Origin: Geosiphon pyriformis uo1
Taxonomy: Eukaryota > Fungi > Glomeromycota
DNA length: 64,000 nucleotides
Direction: 5' to 3'
Assembly: GCA_016748015.1 (NCBI GenBank)
Contig: JAAOMT010000436.1
Coordinates: 2,253,037-2,317,036 of the forward strand
Part shown: positions 13,268 through 25,088 of the stretch, one piece after another
How the letters are laid out: each line of letters starts with the position of its first letter
Numbering within the stretch: the stretch's first letter is position 1
The notes under the pieces: model-generated
What the model was told of the DNA's origin: nothing
Database searches by the model: none
Seen by the model: the letters and a program-made list of their open reading frames with translations, nothing else
Program-made: the position numbers and the translations under genes

Positions 13268-14809
13268 GGCTGATAAACAGTGGCTTCAACTAGGGGATCC
13301 TCTCCAAAGAAATTGATGTTGGCATGATTGGGTTTTTGGTTGGGCACATTGTTGTTGTTGATACTGTTGTTCTGAGCATCATTGTTTCTGGGGACTGGTG
13401 GAGGCAGTGGAGGATTGTTGCAATCTCTTGAAATGTGTCCAGTTAATCCACAGTGATAGCATACAGGTGGGCCATGATTTTGTTGTCTTTGATAAGGTGG
13501 TTGCTGGGGCTGATTGAAGCGTGGTTCAAATCTGGGTCTTTGTGGTTGCTGATTTTCTCTGACTGCTTGGGGCTAAGGGTTCTAATAACTGGGCAAGATT
13601 TGCTGTGAGTCTGTCTATTAACTGTTCATTTGGATCTTAAGTGTGAGTGGCAAAAGAAGTAGCAGCCATTTGAGGGGCAGGAGCCATGACAGGAACAAGA
13701 GCAAAAACTGGTAGTGTGGATCCCAAGTGCATCCTTTGGTTGTCTTCAATTCTTTGTGCTAATTCAATGGCCATATCCATGGTGGGATTATTTTTCAGGA
13801 CCAGGAGGGGCCAAAGAGCATACGATAGATCAGTTCTCAATCCTTTTGTGAAGGAGTGAATTTTCTGCTCTTCTGTCCAATTTTTTCCAGTGTCTACTCG
13901 TTTGATTAACTTTCTGATTGCTTTGGCGTATTTGGTTACAACTTCACTGGGACCTTGGGTTCTTCTTTCCAATTCCATATGCCATTTTGATATTAATATT
14001 GGGGTTCTGAACTTGTTTTCAAACCGGGTAGTGAAAGAAGTGTTGATTTCTCCCACATTTGCTGGTGTCCATCTAACGATTCTTTGCTGGGCATTGGCAT
14101 CTGTTTCTTGTGAGAACCAGATAGCAGGGGATCCTTGAAGGTAGCCACCAACAATTTGGAACTTGTACTCATCATCATATTGATTGGCTGTAATGGCTCT
14201 TTCAAAGTCATCCAACCATTCAATTGGATCTTGTGCATCACCTCTAAATAATGGTATTGGGGTGTTGTTTCTTCACCCTAGAGCAGTTTGTATACCTTGG
14301 AGGGCGGCCAGAATGTTTGCTTGCATGGGGTCATTAGCCATTGGTTCAGGAGTAATTGTTTGTGTAGACGAGTCTGATTTGCTTGATAAAAGATCAAAAA
14401 CAGGGGCAGTTTAGTAGCTTTCTTCTTCTGTTTCAAAGGGAGTTTCAGTTGCTTGATGGGCAGCAATCCAAATGTGGATTTGATGATTCAGATATTTGAA
14501 ATCAGGGGGCTGTTGTTCAAAGGTTGCAGAATATAAGAGCTGATTGATACTGTTGTTTCTTTCTTCAAAGTCGTTTTCAAAATAAGCTTGGTCAAAGTAA
14601 TAGGTTGTATAAACTGTGTAGGTTTCAGCTGAATGCTCATTCAGGAACCAGTTCCAAAAGTCTTGGAATTGTCTACTTGATTGTTTTTCAAGGAGGAAGC
14701 AGATCAAGCAGGAGGGCAGAGGATTAAGTTCAATGAAACTTTGGTCGTTTCTGTTGTGTGTTACAAAGTGTTCTTCTGATTGCTGTGGCAGATATGAGTA
14801 ATCACCCAT
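13255..14809 (-). pseudogene. gag: A2 gag
   Basis: MGDYSYLPQQ...; capsid-like segment; CCHC knuckle; premature stops. Confidence 0.9.
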
Positions 14810-14861
14810 ACAATGAGGGAATAAGTGAATTTTGACAACCTCACAGAGAGCACCACTTTTA

Positions 14862-15539
14862 TGTTACGGGTTGGAGTAACAAGCTAATGGATAGCAAGGG
14901 AGAACAGTATTGTATGGTGATGGAAATAAACAAAGAAGGAATTCCAATAAGGGAGCGAATTGAATAAGTAGGAATTCAATGTGCATGATCAGTCTCATAA
15001 AAATCACAGTCGCTAATCTTTTCTTAAATCTGAAGGTAGAGGAATAGTCTGTAATTATTAACAAGATAACACTGCTGCTATTATTCTATGCCTTAACTCG
15101 GTGATTCTTAGAATCAATAACAGGTATTGTTGTACTTTTCAATCGTTTCTTTATTCAATGAATTACAAAAGCAAGACAATTGCTTCTCAGGCTAATTCTA
15201 ACAAATACAAATCAAGAAGGTGAAAAGATAAGGTATGTGAATACCAACAAGTAGATACTTGAAGGTAAGGAAAGGGGAATAAGCAATTATGAGAGGAAGT
15301 AATTGATATTGTTTATTTTGTTACTTTGATCATGTCTTTCTACAGCTAAGGGAATCATTGCTTATATAGCTATCTAAAGTGGTCAACGACCAGGTCAATG
15401 ATCAGGTCAATGATCAGGTCAATGGTCAGGTCATTGATCAGGTCAACGATCACTATCTAAAAATAGGGTGGCTAATTATATGACATCAGTGGCTAATACA
15501 TGTGATAATTAATAAAAACTATGTGTTTCAACCATAACA
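14862..15539 (-). repeat. A2 5' LTR (PBS at 14839-14855)
   Basis: TGTTA...TAACA followed by TAAAAG TGGTGCTCTCTGTGAGG. Confidence 0.95.
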
Positions 15540-15683
15540 TTAGTATTAAGCCCAGCCTTCCTCCAAAGTTCAGCTTGTATGCCTGATAGGCAAGGAGCTT
15601 TGTTATAAGGTATGTGGCTCAATATGTGTTCAAATTTTTCATTTGTTATTTCAGTCATCACATCATCAAAGGCATGATTTGGG
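15540..15683 (-). mobile_element. 5'-truncated end of the LINE RT fragment
   Basis: EITNEKFEHILSHIPYNKAPCLSGI (KAPG.DG-like motif upstream of LINE RT); joins family C sequence near 15683. Confidence 0.75.
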
Positions 15684-18071
15684 GTGTTTAGTTGTTCTAA
15701 ACATTGCTTTTGCTCCTCTCTGGTAAATGCTAATTCTTGGTAATATTTATTGAATTGTTTGAAATTTATTATGTCAAAGATAATATCAGAATTTAGAACC
15801 CAAATGATCTCTTCTGGTTCTGGTGAGTTGTTTTTGATCATTCTAATTTCTTTTGGTGTTGCTTCTTTAATTTTGGGAATTGCTATTTTTTATATTTTGT
15901 TGTTATTATGTAGACAATTGTTCAGATGTTTTACAGTTCTTCTCCAGACAGTGTCTATAAGCATTCTTTTTCTCACCCAATTACTAATAAAAATCATGTA
16001 TTGACATGATTTGTCGCATATTCCTCTATGATCAGAAATGTTGTTTTATATTCCTTCATTTAAAAGAGTTTCTCCACAAGCAAGGCATGGTTTGTTATTT
16101 CATTTTTCTTGTTTTTTTGGTCATCCAAAGCATTCAAGGATGTATGAACAGCAGTAGTATTTTGTGGCTATTGGCCATTCCTCATTGTTATTATAACATG
16201 TGCCCATTGTTGACAATTTCTTGCTACAATTAATGCAAATTAATTTTGGTTGATGATAGTTTGGCTGGTATTAAGTAGTAGTGCTGTATGAAATATATAT
16301 GGAGATAGTTGCTTGGGTTTTTTCTTCTTTTTTTTTCTTCTTTTTTCCTTTCTCTTCTTATGTAGGTATCAGTAGTAATTTATTGTGTTCTTTTTCAGCT
16401 CATAATACTTAACATATTTTCCAAGTAGGTTTTTTCAAATTCAATTAGTGGTTGTTTGTTGATAGTGGTCTTAAAATGACTACAAGTAACTAGTACCTAA
16501 ATGTTTTGGCCATTCTGATTTAGTTGTAATTCTTGAGTGGTCCAGTCAAATATGGCATTGGTTTTGGATAGCCAGTTGTTATCAATTAGAGTTTGGTACT
16601 GGGTGACTTTTATGACAAGAATTTTTATGGATGCAATGATGCCATTGACTTCAAATAAAAAGTCATCAATCTTACCAATAGGTATTTTTGTCACTTCATT
16701 GGTATTAATAATTCTGGTATTAGCAATGTAATCAACTTGATAACTTAATTGGTCTATGAGTTGTCATGTAATTATGCTGCTGGCTGATCCACTGTCCAGG
16801 ATCAGTTTGATAGACTAATTATTAACCTTAGCATTTGTATACATTGTAGTGATTGGTTTTGATTCAAGAATAGCTCTACTGAATAGTGGTGTTTCAACTA
16901 ATTCCTTCAGTTCAAAGGGAAAGATGATAGTAAGTAATTTGTTTTCAATAATAATTGCTGAAGATATGTTGTTGGTGAGTAGTTGGGTTTGATTGGGTTC
17001 TTAATTGCTGGGTTTAGTGTCTTTTGGGGTAACCAGAAGACTTAAATAGTTATGAAAATTTGGGTTTTGGTTGTACCCAATTTCTAAATTCCACTGGTAT
17101 AATCCTGATGGCTGTTGTAATAAGCTGGGAATTGATTAATATATTACTATCGCCAATTGCTAATTTTGTTGGATGTAGGTAATTCTTGGTCTTGGATTTC
17201 TGGATATTTGAGCTGAGTTTTGTGGTGGTGTTTGAAATGGTTGGGACTGATATATGATCTGTGACTGTTGTTAATATATTACTAATGCTGAAGACTAATA
17301 AATTGGTGGTGAATATATTGTTTGTTACATTATTAGGGTGTAATAAGGTTAATATAAATCTTGATTTGAGTGGTAATTCAGAGTTTAAAATCAGTGATTG
17401 GGGTTTCTATGTTGATTTTCCAATTGTTGATTATTAATCTTAGCATAACAATCAACCCTGATGTGTTTTTGTTTACCACAATTATTGCAAATATATGTCT
17501 CTTGTTGCCATGATGATCAAGTTAATGATGACATAGAACACAACAAATTTTGGTGCTAATTGAAAGTTTTGGAATTGTCATGATGTTATAGTAGTTGATA
17601 TATGGCCTGATTGTTATTAACTAAATACCTCTCTAATTTCTGATTAATTGAATCACTAAATTGTTTCAATTTGGAATCCAATTCAAATTATCCATTCATC
17701 ACTAAATTTATAGCTTGGACATAATTGGCTTTGAGTTTAGCTGATTTGAAATCTCAGTATAAGTAATAACATTTTAAAGTATTTGTAAGTGTATTGGATA
17801 TACATATTGTAGGAGACTATTGCATAGGCCACAAATAAATTGATTTAAGATTTGTGGTATAATAAAGTAGTTTGTGTCAATTGCTTGTATTTGGCATAAG
17901 CTCCTATGAAAGCATCCTAAGTAAGTGGTAATTGCTTCAGTTTCTTTTTGTTTGATAATTGTGAAAGTATTTGCTAGGCAATTGATACTATTATTATTAC
18001 TAAAATATCTCAAAAATTCAACCTTAAATGCATTAAAGTCTTGGGGTTTCTGGATTAGGCTTTAATACTAT

Positions 18072-18725
18072 TGTTACAGTTGAAACCCATAGTTTTTATT
18101 AGTTATCACATGTATTAGCCACTGATGTCATATAATTAGCCACCCTATTTTTAGATAGTGATTGTTGACCTGATCATTGACCTGATTGTTGACCTGGTTG
18201 TTGACCACTTTAGATAGCTATATAAGTGATGATTCCCTTAGCTGTAGAAAGACATGATCAAAGTAATGAAATAAACAATATCAATTACTTCCTCTCATAA
18301 TCGCTTATTCTCCTTTCCTTACCTTCAAGTATCTACTTGTTGGCATTCACATACCTTATCTTTTCCCCTTCTTGATTTGTATTTGTTAGAATTAGCCTGA
18401 GAAGCAATTGGCTTGCTCTTGTAATTCATTGAATAAAGAAACGATTGAAAAGTACAACAATACCTGTTATTGATTCTAAGAATTGCTGAGTTGAAGCATA
18501 GAATAATAGCAGTGGTGTTATCTTGTTGACAATCATGGACTATTCCTCTACCTTCAGATTTAAGAAAAGATTAGCGACTGTGATTTTTATGAGACTGATC
18601 ATGCACATTGAATTCCTACTTATTTAATTTGCTCCCTTATTGTAATTCCCTCTTTGTTTATTTCCATTACTATACAATACTGTTCTCCCTTGCTATCCAT
18701 TAGCTTGTTACTCCAACCTGTAACA
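18072..18725 (+). repeat. A3 5' LTR (TATA-like CTATATAAG near 18218-18226; PBS 18732-18748)
   Basis: TGTTACAG...TAACA followed by TAAAAG TGGTGCTCCCTGTAAGG. Confidence 0.95.
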
Positions 18726-18777
18726 TAAAAGTGGTGCTCCCTGTAAGGTTGTCAAAATTCACTTATTCTCTCATTGT

Positions 18778-20331
18778 ATGGGTGATTACTCATATCTGCC
18801 ACAGCAATCAGAAAAACACTTTGCAGCACACAACAGAAATGATCTAAATTTCATTGAACTTAATCCTCTGCCCTCCTGCTTGATCTGTTTCTCCCTTGAA
18901 GAACAATCCAGTAGACAATTCCAAGACTTTTGGAACTGGTTTCTGAATGAGCATTCAGCTGAAACCTACACAGCTTATACAACCTATTACTTTGACCAAG
19001 CTTATTTTGAAAACAACTTTGAAGAAAGAAACAACAGTATAAATCAACTCTTATATTCTGCAACTTTTGAACAACAGCCTCCTGATTTAGAATATCTGAA
19101 TTATCAAATTCACATTTGGATTGATGCCCATCAAGCAACTGAAACTCTCTTTAAAACAGAAGAAGAAAGTTACCAAACTGCCCCTGTTTTTGATCTTTTA
19201 TTAAGTGAATCAGACTCATCTACACAAACAGTTACCCCTGAACCAATGGCTAATAACCCCATGCAAGCAAACATTCTGGCCGCTCTCCAAAATATACAAA
19301 CTGCTCTAGGAAGAAGAAACAATATCCCACTACCAATATTTAGAGGTGATGCACAAGATCCAATTGAATGGTTGGATAATTTTGAGAGAGCTGCCACAGC
19401 CAACCAGTATGATGAAAAATACAAGTTCCAAATCGTTGGTGGCTACCTCCAAGGCTCTCCTGCTACCTGGTTCTTACAAGAAACAGATGCCAATGCTCAA
19501 CACAGAATAATCAGATGAACACCAATCAATGCTGGAGAAGAAAATACCTCTTTCACTACCTGATTTGAGGCCAAGTTCAAAACCCCAATATTAATATCCA
19601 AATGGCACATGGAATTGGAAAGAAGAACCCAAGGCCCTGGAGAAGTAGTGACTGAATATGCCAAGGCTATTAGAAAGCTAATCAAACATGTAGACTCTGG
19701 GAGAAATTGGACAGAAGAGCAGAAAATTCACTCCTTCACAAAAGGATTGAGAACTGATCTATCATATGCTCTTTGGCCCCTCCTGGCCCTGAAAGATAAC
19801 CCCACTATGGATATGGCCATTGAATTAGCACAAAGAATTAAAGATAACCAAAAGATGCACTTGGGATCCACACTACCAGTTTTTGCTCTTGCTCCTGTCA
19901 TGGCTCCTGCCCCTCAAATGGCTGCTACTTCTTTTGCCACTCACACTTAAGATCCAAATGAACAGTTAATAGACAGACTTACAGCAAATCTTGCCCAGTT
20001 ATTAGAACCCTTAGCCCAAGCAGTCAGAGAAAATCAACAACCACAAAGATCCAGATTTGAACCACGCTTCAATCAGCCCCAGCAACCACCTTATCAAAGA
20101 CAACAAAATCATGGCCCACCTGTATGCTATCACTGTGGATTAACTGGACACATTTCAAGAGATTGCAACAATCCTCCACTGCCTCCACCAGTCTCCAGAA
20201 ACAATGATGCTCAGAACAACAGTATCAACAACAACAATGTGCCCAACCAAAAACCCAATCATGCCAACATCAATTTCTTTGGAAAGGATTCCCTAGTTGA
20301 AGCCACTGTTTATCAGCATTTAAACTGGTAG
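18778..20331 (+). pseudogene. gag: A3 gag (premature stops at 19516, 19561, 19948)
   Basis: ORFs 18778..19518 and 19609..19950 are in one frame; CYHCGLTGHISRDC; natural stop TAG 20329-20331. Confidence 0.92.
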
Positions 20332-20371
20332 GCGCACCTCCAAAGGGTGAAAGTACAAGCCAACTAGAAGA
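20319..20371 (+). promoter_or_regulatory. Putative -1 programmed ribosomal frameshift signal (T TTA AAC plus downstream hairpin)
   Basis: Heptamer in gag phase, two codons before the gag stop; pol is in the -1 frame; present in all four A copies. Confidence 0.8.
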
Positions 20372-23012
20372 AAACCCCTTTTACACTTTTAACTTAACTG
20401 ATGATGACAATGACATGGATGAATTAGCAATCAACTCCTCTGAATTCACAAGAAAGAAGAAGAAAGCCAAAGTTGATTTCGTTTTAGACCCCAATAAAGC
20501 TTCTACATCAACTGCTGACAACAATGAGCCCCCAAAAGCCAAATTTTTCAAGAACCCTCCAAAGTTGGAACCCCCAGAAATAGTACAAAAATCCGGCCCC
20601 TATTCTGTTGTCAAAGACCTTATGGAAACCCCAGCACATATAACCTTTGGCCAATTGATAACCCATCCACAATTCAGAAAAGATCTTTGCAAATCTCTGA
20701 TTCCAAAGAAAAAGACACCCAAAACCAACAAACACTCTTGCCAAGCTGGACTTGCTGACAATAGCAATGTCACTCTTCTAATTTGTAAAGCCCAAGTGGC
20801 TGGCTATTTTATCGATTTGATCCTAGACAGTGGATCATCTGTTAGTGTTATTGCCAAACACTTTCTTGAAGCAATTGGCAGAAAAATTGATGAATCATCC
20901 ACACAACCAATGACCAATGTGCATGGTGATAAGAAAAAAGGGCTTGGCATAGCCAAAGCTATTCCTGTCTGCATCAATGGCATCAGCATTGAAACTGATA
21001 TGGAAGTGTCTAAAGCAAAAGAATACACCATCATTGTTGGCAATGAATGGCTCAAGAAAGCAAAGGCTTTGCTTAATTATGAACTCTGTGAACTAACCAT
21101 CAGATGTGGTGAAAAACCCATTGTGGTTAAGTATTGCCATTGGACAACTCCCCCAGTACCCAAGCAGAGTCCAGAAAAAAATGAATCAGATGAATCAGAT
21201 GATGAAGAAAGTAAGGAAGAAGAAAAACAAGAAAAACAAGAAGAAACTGCTGAACTTGCCTATACTATCTTCACTAGCAATGGCAAACCACTGGATAATG
21301 TCAAGGCAGATAAAGAAGGAATCATTGTCAATGGCAAGCTGATCTGCTGGCCTTATTATGACATGCTCAGAAGAACCTTTGACAGAAAGCCAGGCAAGAA
21401 AGCCAAATACAGTTATTGGTGGCATGGTCTTTGTGTCTGGTGCTGGTGCAACAAATTATTGTATTCTCCTAGCAATGAATGCATGTCCTGCCTGATCTAT
21501 TACAAAGATTAGGAACCAATCAGCTTGATACCCCGAGAGAAAATAAAAGAAGTCCAAAAGTCCTTTGAAAACGAACCACCTGAAATTCAATCACTGGTTG
21601 TAGAACAAAGAGAACCCTCTCCAGAAGAAAGAAAAGTAGACATTGAAAACCTGCTGGCTAGAAACAGCCCAGTTATCTCAAAAGAAGGTGAACCTCCTGG
21701 ATGTACACATGTGGTACAACACACTATCATCACCAGAGAAACTCACCCCATCCATTTGAAGCCCTATCAATCTAACAGGCACAATGATGAGTTTATAAAA
21801 AAGAAAATAACCCGAATGAAAACCCTTGGATTCATACAGGAAACCAAGAGTGAATGGGCATCCCCAGTTGTAGTAGTATCCAAGAAAGGAGGAATCCTAT
21901 GCTTTTGTGTTGACTATCGCCAATTAAATGCCATTACTGAAAGAAACATGTACCCACTTCCTAAGATTGATGCAATGCTAGACTAATTCCATGGTGCCGC
22001 TTTCTTCTCAACCATTGACTTAACTACTGGATTCTGGCAAGTAGAGATAGATCCAGAAAGCAGAAAGAAAACTGCCTTCATCACCAAGTATGGTATCTAC
22101 GAATTCACAGTCATGCCTTTTGGTCTCACAAATGCTCCTCCCACATTTCAATGCTTAATGGACAAAGTATTTGAATCAGTAAAAGAAAACTTTGTTCTAG
22201 TCTACTTGGACAACATAATGGTATATTCAAAAACCTGGGATGAACACCTTGAACATTTGCAAAAGGTTTTTGACCTCCTTAGAAATGCTGGTCTCAAGAT
22301 CAATCCAATCAAATCATTCTTTGGATGTCAATCCACCCAGTTCCTTGGCCATCTTATTACAAAAGATGGAATCTTCCCTGATCCAGCCAAAATTGAAAAA
22401 GTTCAAAACATTAGACAACCAATGAATGTTCATGAACTACGCTCTTTTCTTGGTTTGGCCTCTTATTATCGCAAGTTTGTCAAGAATTTCTCCAAAATCA
22501 CTGCTCCTCTCAATCAGCTACTTAGGAAAAACATCAATTATCACTGGGACACTCATCAACAAAAAGCATTTGAAATTCTGAAGGAAAAACTAGTTACAGA
22601 ACCCATCCTCATGCAACCTAATTTGGATCAATCTTTTATTTTCCACACTGATGCATCAGGCTATGGACTTGGTGCTGTTCTTTCCCAAAAAGATGAAGAT
22701 AACAGAGAACACGCCGTAGCATATGCCAGTAGAACTCTCACACCAGCAGAAAAGAACTACTCAGTTACTAAGCAGGAATGCTTAGCAGTAGTTTGGGCTA
22801 CCAGCTACTGGGACAAATATCTTAAGGGTGTGAAATTTTTGGTGGTAACAGATCACCAAGCTTTGGTTTGGCTATGCAACAAAAGAAACCTGGAACATAA
22901 ATGGATAACTCGCTGGATGATCTACTTGGATGAATTCGACTATGACATTCAATACCACAAAGAAGCTAATCATCAAAACGTCGACGCTCTCTCCAGACTT
23001 ACCATCCAGTGA
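20319..23012 (+). pseudogene. pol: A3 pol (PR LILDSGSS, acidic/Cys linker, RT, RNase H)
   Basis: ORFs 20415..21512, 21525..21986 and 22113..23012 share a frame; YLDD mutated to YLDN. Confidence 0.93.
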
Positions 23013-23077
23013 TAGTAAAACCCTTTCAAACCAAACCAACTTAATTATTTGTAACTCCCCCACAAACAAACACGATA

Positions 23078-24390
23078 ATGGACTTGGACAACTACTCTGT
23101 TTTAATGAAATTTTTAGGTAAAGGACAATACCTGCTGGACTATAATCGACAGCAAAGAGAACATTTGCGCAAACAATCAAATTTCTATTTGATTTGCCAG
23201 AACCAGTTATATAAAAGAAATAGAAAAGATCCTGACCGCCCCCAGAGAGTCATTAGATTTGAAGAAAGAGAAATTGTGATCAACAATATGCACACTGATC
23301 CATTAGCTGGACACTTTGGAAAAACAAAAACAATTCAGAAAACTTTAGCTCGCTATTATTGGTCTACTTTGGGAAAAGACATTGCTAAATACATCAAAAC
23401 CTGTGATACCTGCCAAAGAAGAGAAAAACCCAATCGCAAGGAAGATATCCATCCAATCTCTGTTGGTCAACCATTTGATAGAATTGGTATAGATGTTGTT
23501 GAACCTTTAACAGTAACTCCTAATGGCAACAGATACATTATCACAGCTACCAACTATCTTACAAAGTGGGTAGAAGCAAGAGCCACCTCAGATTAAACAG
23601 CAGTCTCAATTGCCAATTTTATTTATGAAGATATTATCTGTTACCACGGCTGCCCCAAAGAACTTTTATCTGATAGAGGAAGAGCTTTTCTCAGTACACT
23701 GGTTGAAGAATTTTGCAGAAAAATGGGAATATGTCATAAACTCTCTTCCCCTTATCACTCCAAACAAATGACCTAGTAGAACGTTTCAATAGAACACTAT
23801 GTGAAACCCTAGCCAAAACCAGTGAAGAAACCAACCTATGGAACAAAGTATTGCCTTCAGCCTTGTTTGCTTACAGAACTGTGAATCATAACATAACAAG
23901 TTATGAACCCTTTTATCTGCTCTATGGACAAATGGCAACTCTACCAATATAAATGGATATAGAAACAATACCTTTTGAAGAAATAACAATAGGAGATTAC
24001 AAAGACATTTTGCAAAGAAGACTTGGTACCATTTTTGACTCATTAGTAGAAGCATGGATAATTGCCTTTGAAAAGATAAAACAGATCCAAGAGAAGCTCA
24101 AAAAGAAAAAGACCTATAAAACACTTTCCTTAAGTGTTGGTAACTTAGTTTTGGAATACCGTTCAGACAGAGACAATGTCTATGGTGATAAATTCTCTAG
24201 CCAGTAGAAAGAACCCTTTATAGTCAACAAAGTTTTGAACAATGGTTCTTATATCTTACAAGATCAATATGGAACAATATTCAGTGATTGCCCTGTTCAT
24301 GGCACGCGACTCAAGAAATATCACAAACAACCTGATTGGTTACCTGTTGTGGTAATACTGACCCAAATGATCAGCAAAAATTAGATATAA
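23078..24390 (+). pseudogene. A3 integrase, separate ORF, no chromodomain
   Basis: Own ATG 65 nt after the RNase H stop; HHCC/DDE motifs; ends shortly after LKKYH. Confidence 0.92.
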
Positions 24391-24393
24391 ATA
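24386..24393 (+). promoter_or_regulatory. Candidate internal TATA box (TATAAATA) for ORF3
   Basis: 46 nt upstream of the ORF3 ATG; equivalent TATA at similar spacing in families B and C. Confidence 0.55.
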
Positions 24394-24431
24394 AATGCAC
24401 CATTCCCAAAACAAAGGTATCTTCAATTGAC

Positions 24432-25088
24432 ATGAACAATTATTTCCTGGATTAAAACATTCAAAATGCTTTCTATACTCTCCATGAATACTGGATCAAG
24501 AACTATCCAAATGCTACTCTGACTATCGAAAAACAAACCACTATAATAGACAACAGTGGAACTCACACTGTTATTAGACCAAAGAAAACAACTACCAGAA
24601 GAGAAAGAATTGGTGGCAAAATGGATAAATACCTACTGGAAAGCATAACAGCAGTGATACTTTCACCTTTCAGCACAATTGGAAAAACAATACAAGAAAT
24701 CTTGCCCATAGACAAAAACTTGTCATATGGAAGACAACTAGAACTCTATAGTCATCTTGGTGAAATCATAGAAGACATGAAGCTCATGAAGAAAACAACT
24801 TCAGAGATACAAGTGGAAATTTTGGGCATTATACGATTGGATGTCCCAAGAGTTTTGACCATTACAAAAAGAGCCAGAACTCTTATACAAAGATTTGGTC
24901 TCTTGGATACAAAGCTTATTTTGCCTCAAGTACTATATACTCTATCCACAAAAGACTTCAACAAACTAGTTAGTTTTGAGTTAGACAAAACCCTTCACAT
25001 AGACTATCCCATAAATAGTTTGATTTTGCCAGAGCTCAATCTTTTTGGAGAGGATGATGTTATGGTTGAAACACATAGTTTTTATTAA
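24432..25088 (+). pseudogene. A3 ORF3 (218 codons, one CAA>TAA stop at codon 8), running through the PPT into the 3' LTR
   Basis: MNNYFLD*N...; ORF 24621..25088; colinear with A4 ORF3. Confidence 0.85.

Larger units (their letters stand above)
7854..15539 (-). mobile_element. Family A copy A2, full-length, TSD TTAG (7850-7853 / 15540-15543), inserted in the LINE RT
   Basis: Paired LTRs, PBS, PPT and TSD; LINE frame continues across the insertion (..KAGLNT | KFKLRTLLNVC..). Confidence 0.96.

Noticed and set aside
15509-15841. 110-aa ORF
   Set aside because: Chance in-frame fusion of family C, LINE and A2 LTR sequence across two insertion junctions
20308-20345. Small intron removing the gag stop
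   Set aside because: Poor donor (GTTTAT) and very short; the conserved slippery heptamer and hairpin explain the junction better
24395-24430. 11-codon mini-ORF between the IN stop and ORF3 (stop-start relay); a similar ATGA overlap occurs at 46747-46750
   Set aside because: The ATG is absent in A1 and would lie upstream of the inferred TSS; not enough support
24432-25088. ORF3 as env
   Set aside because: Too short, with no signal peptide, fusion peptide or transmembrane anchor visible
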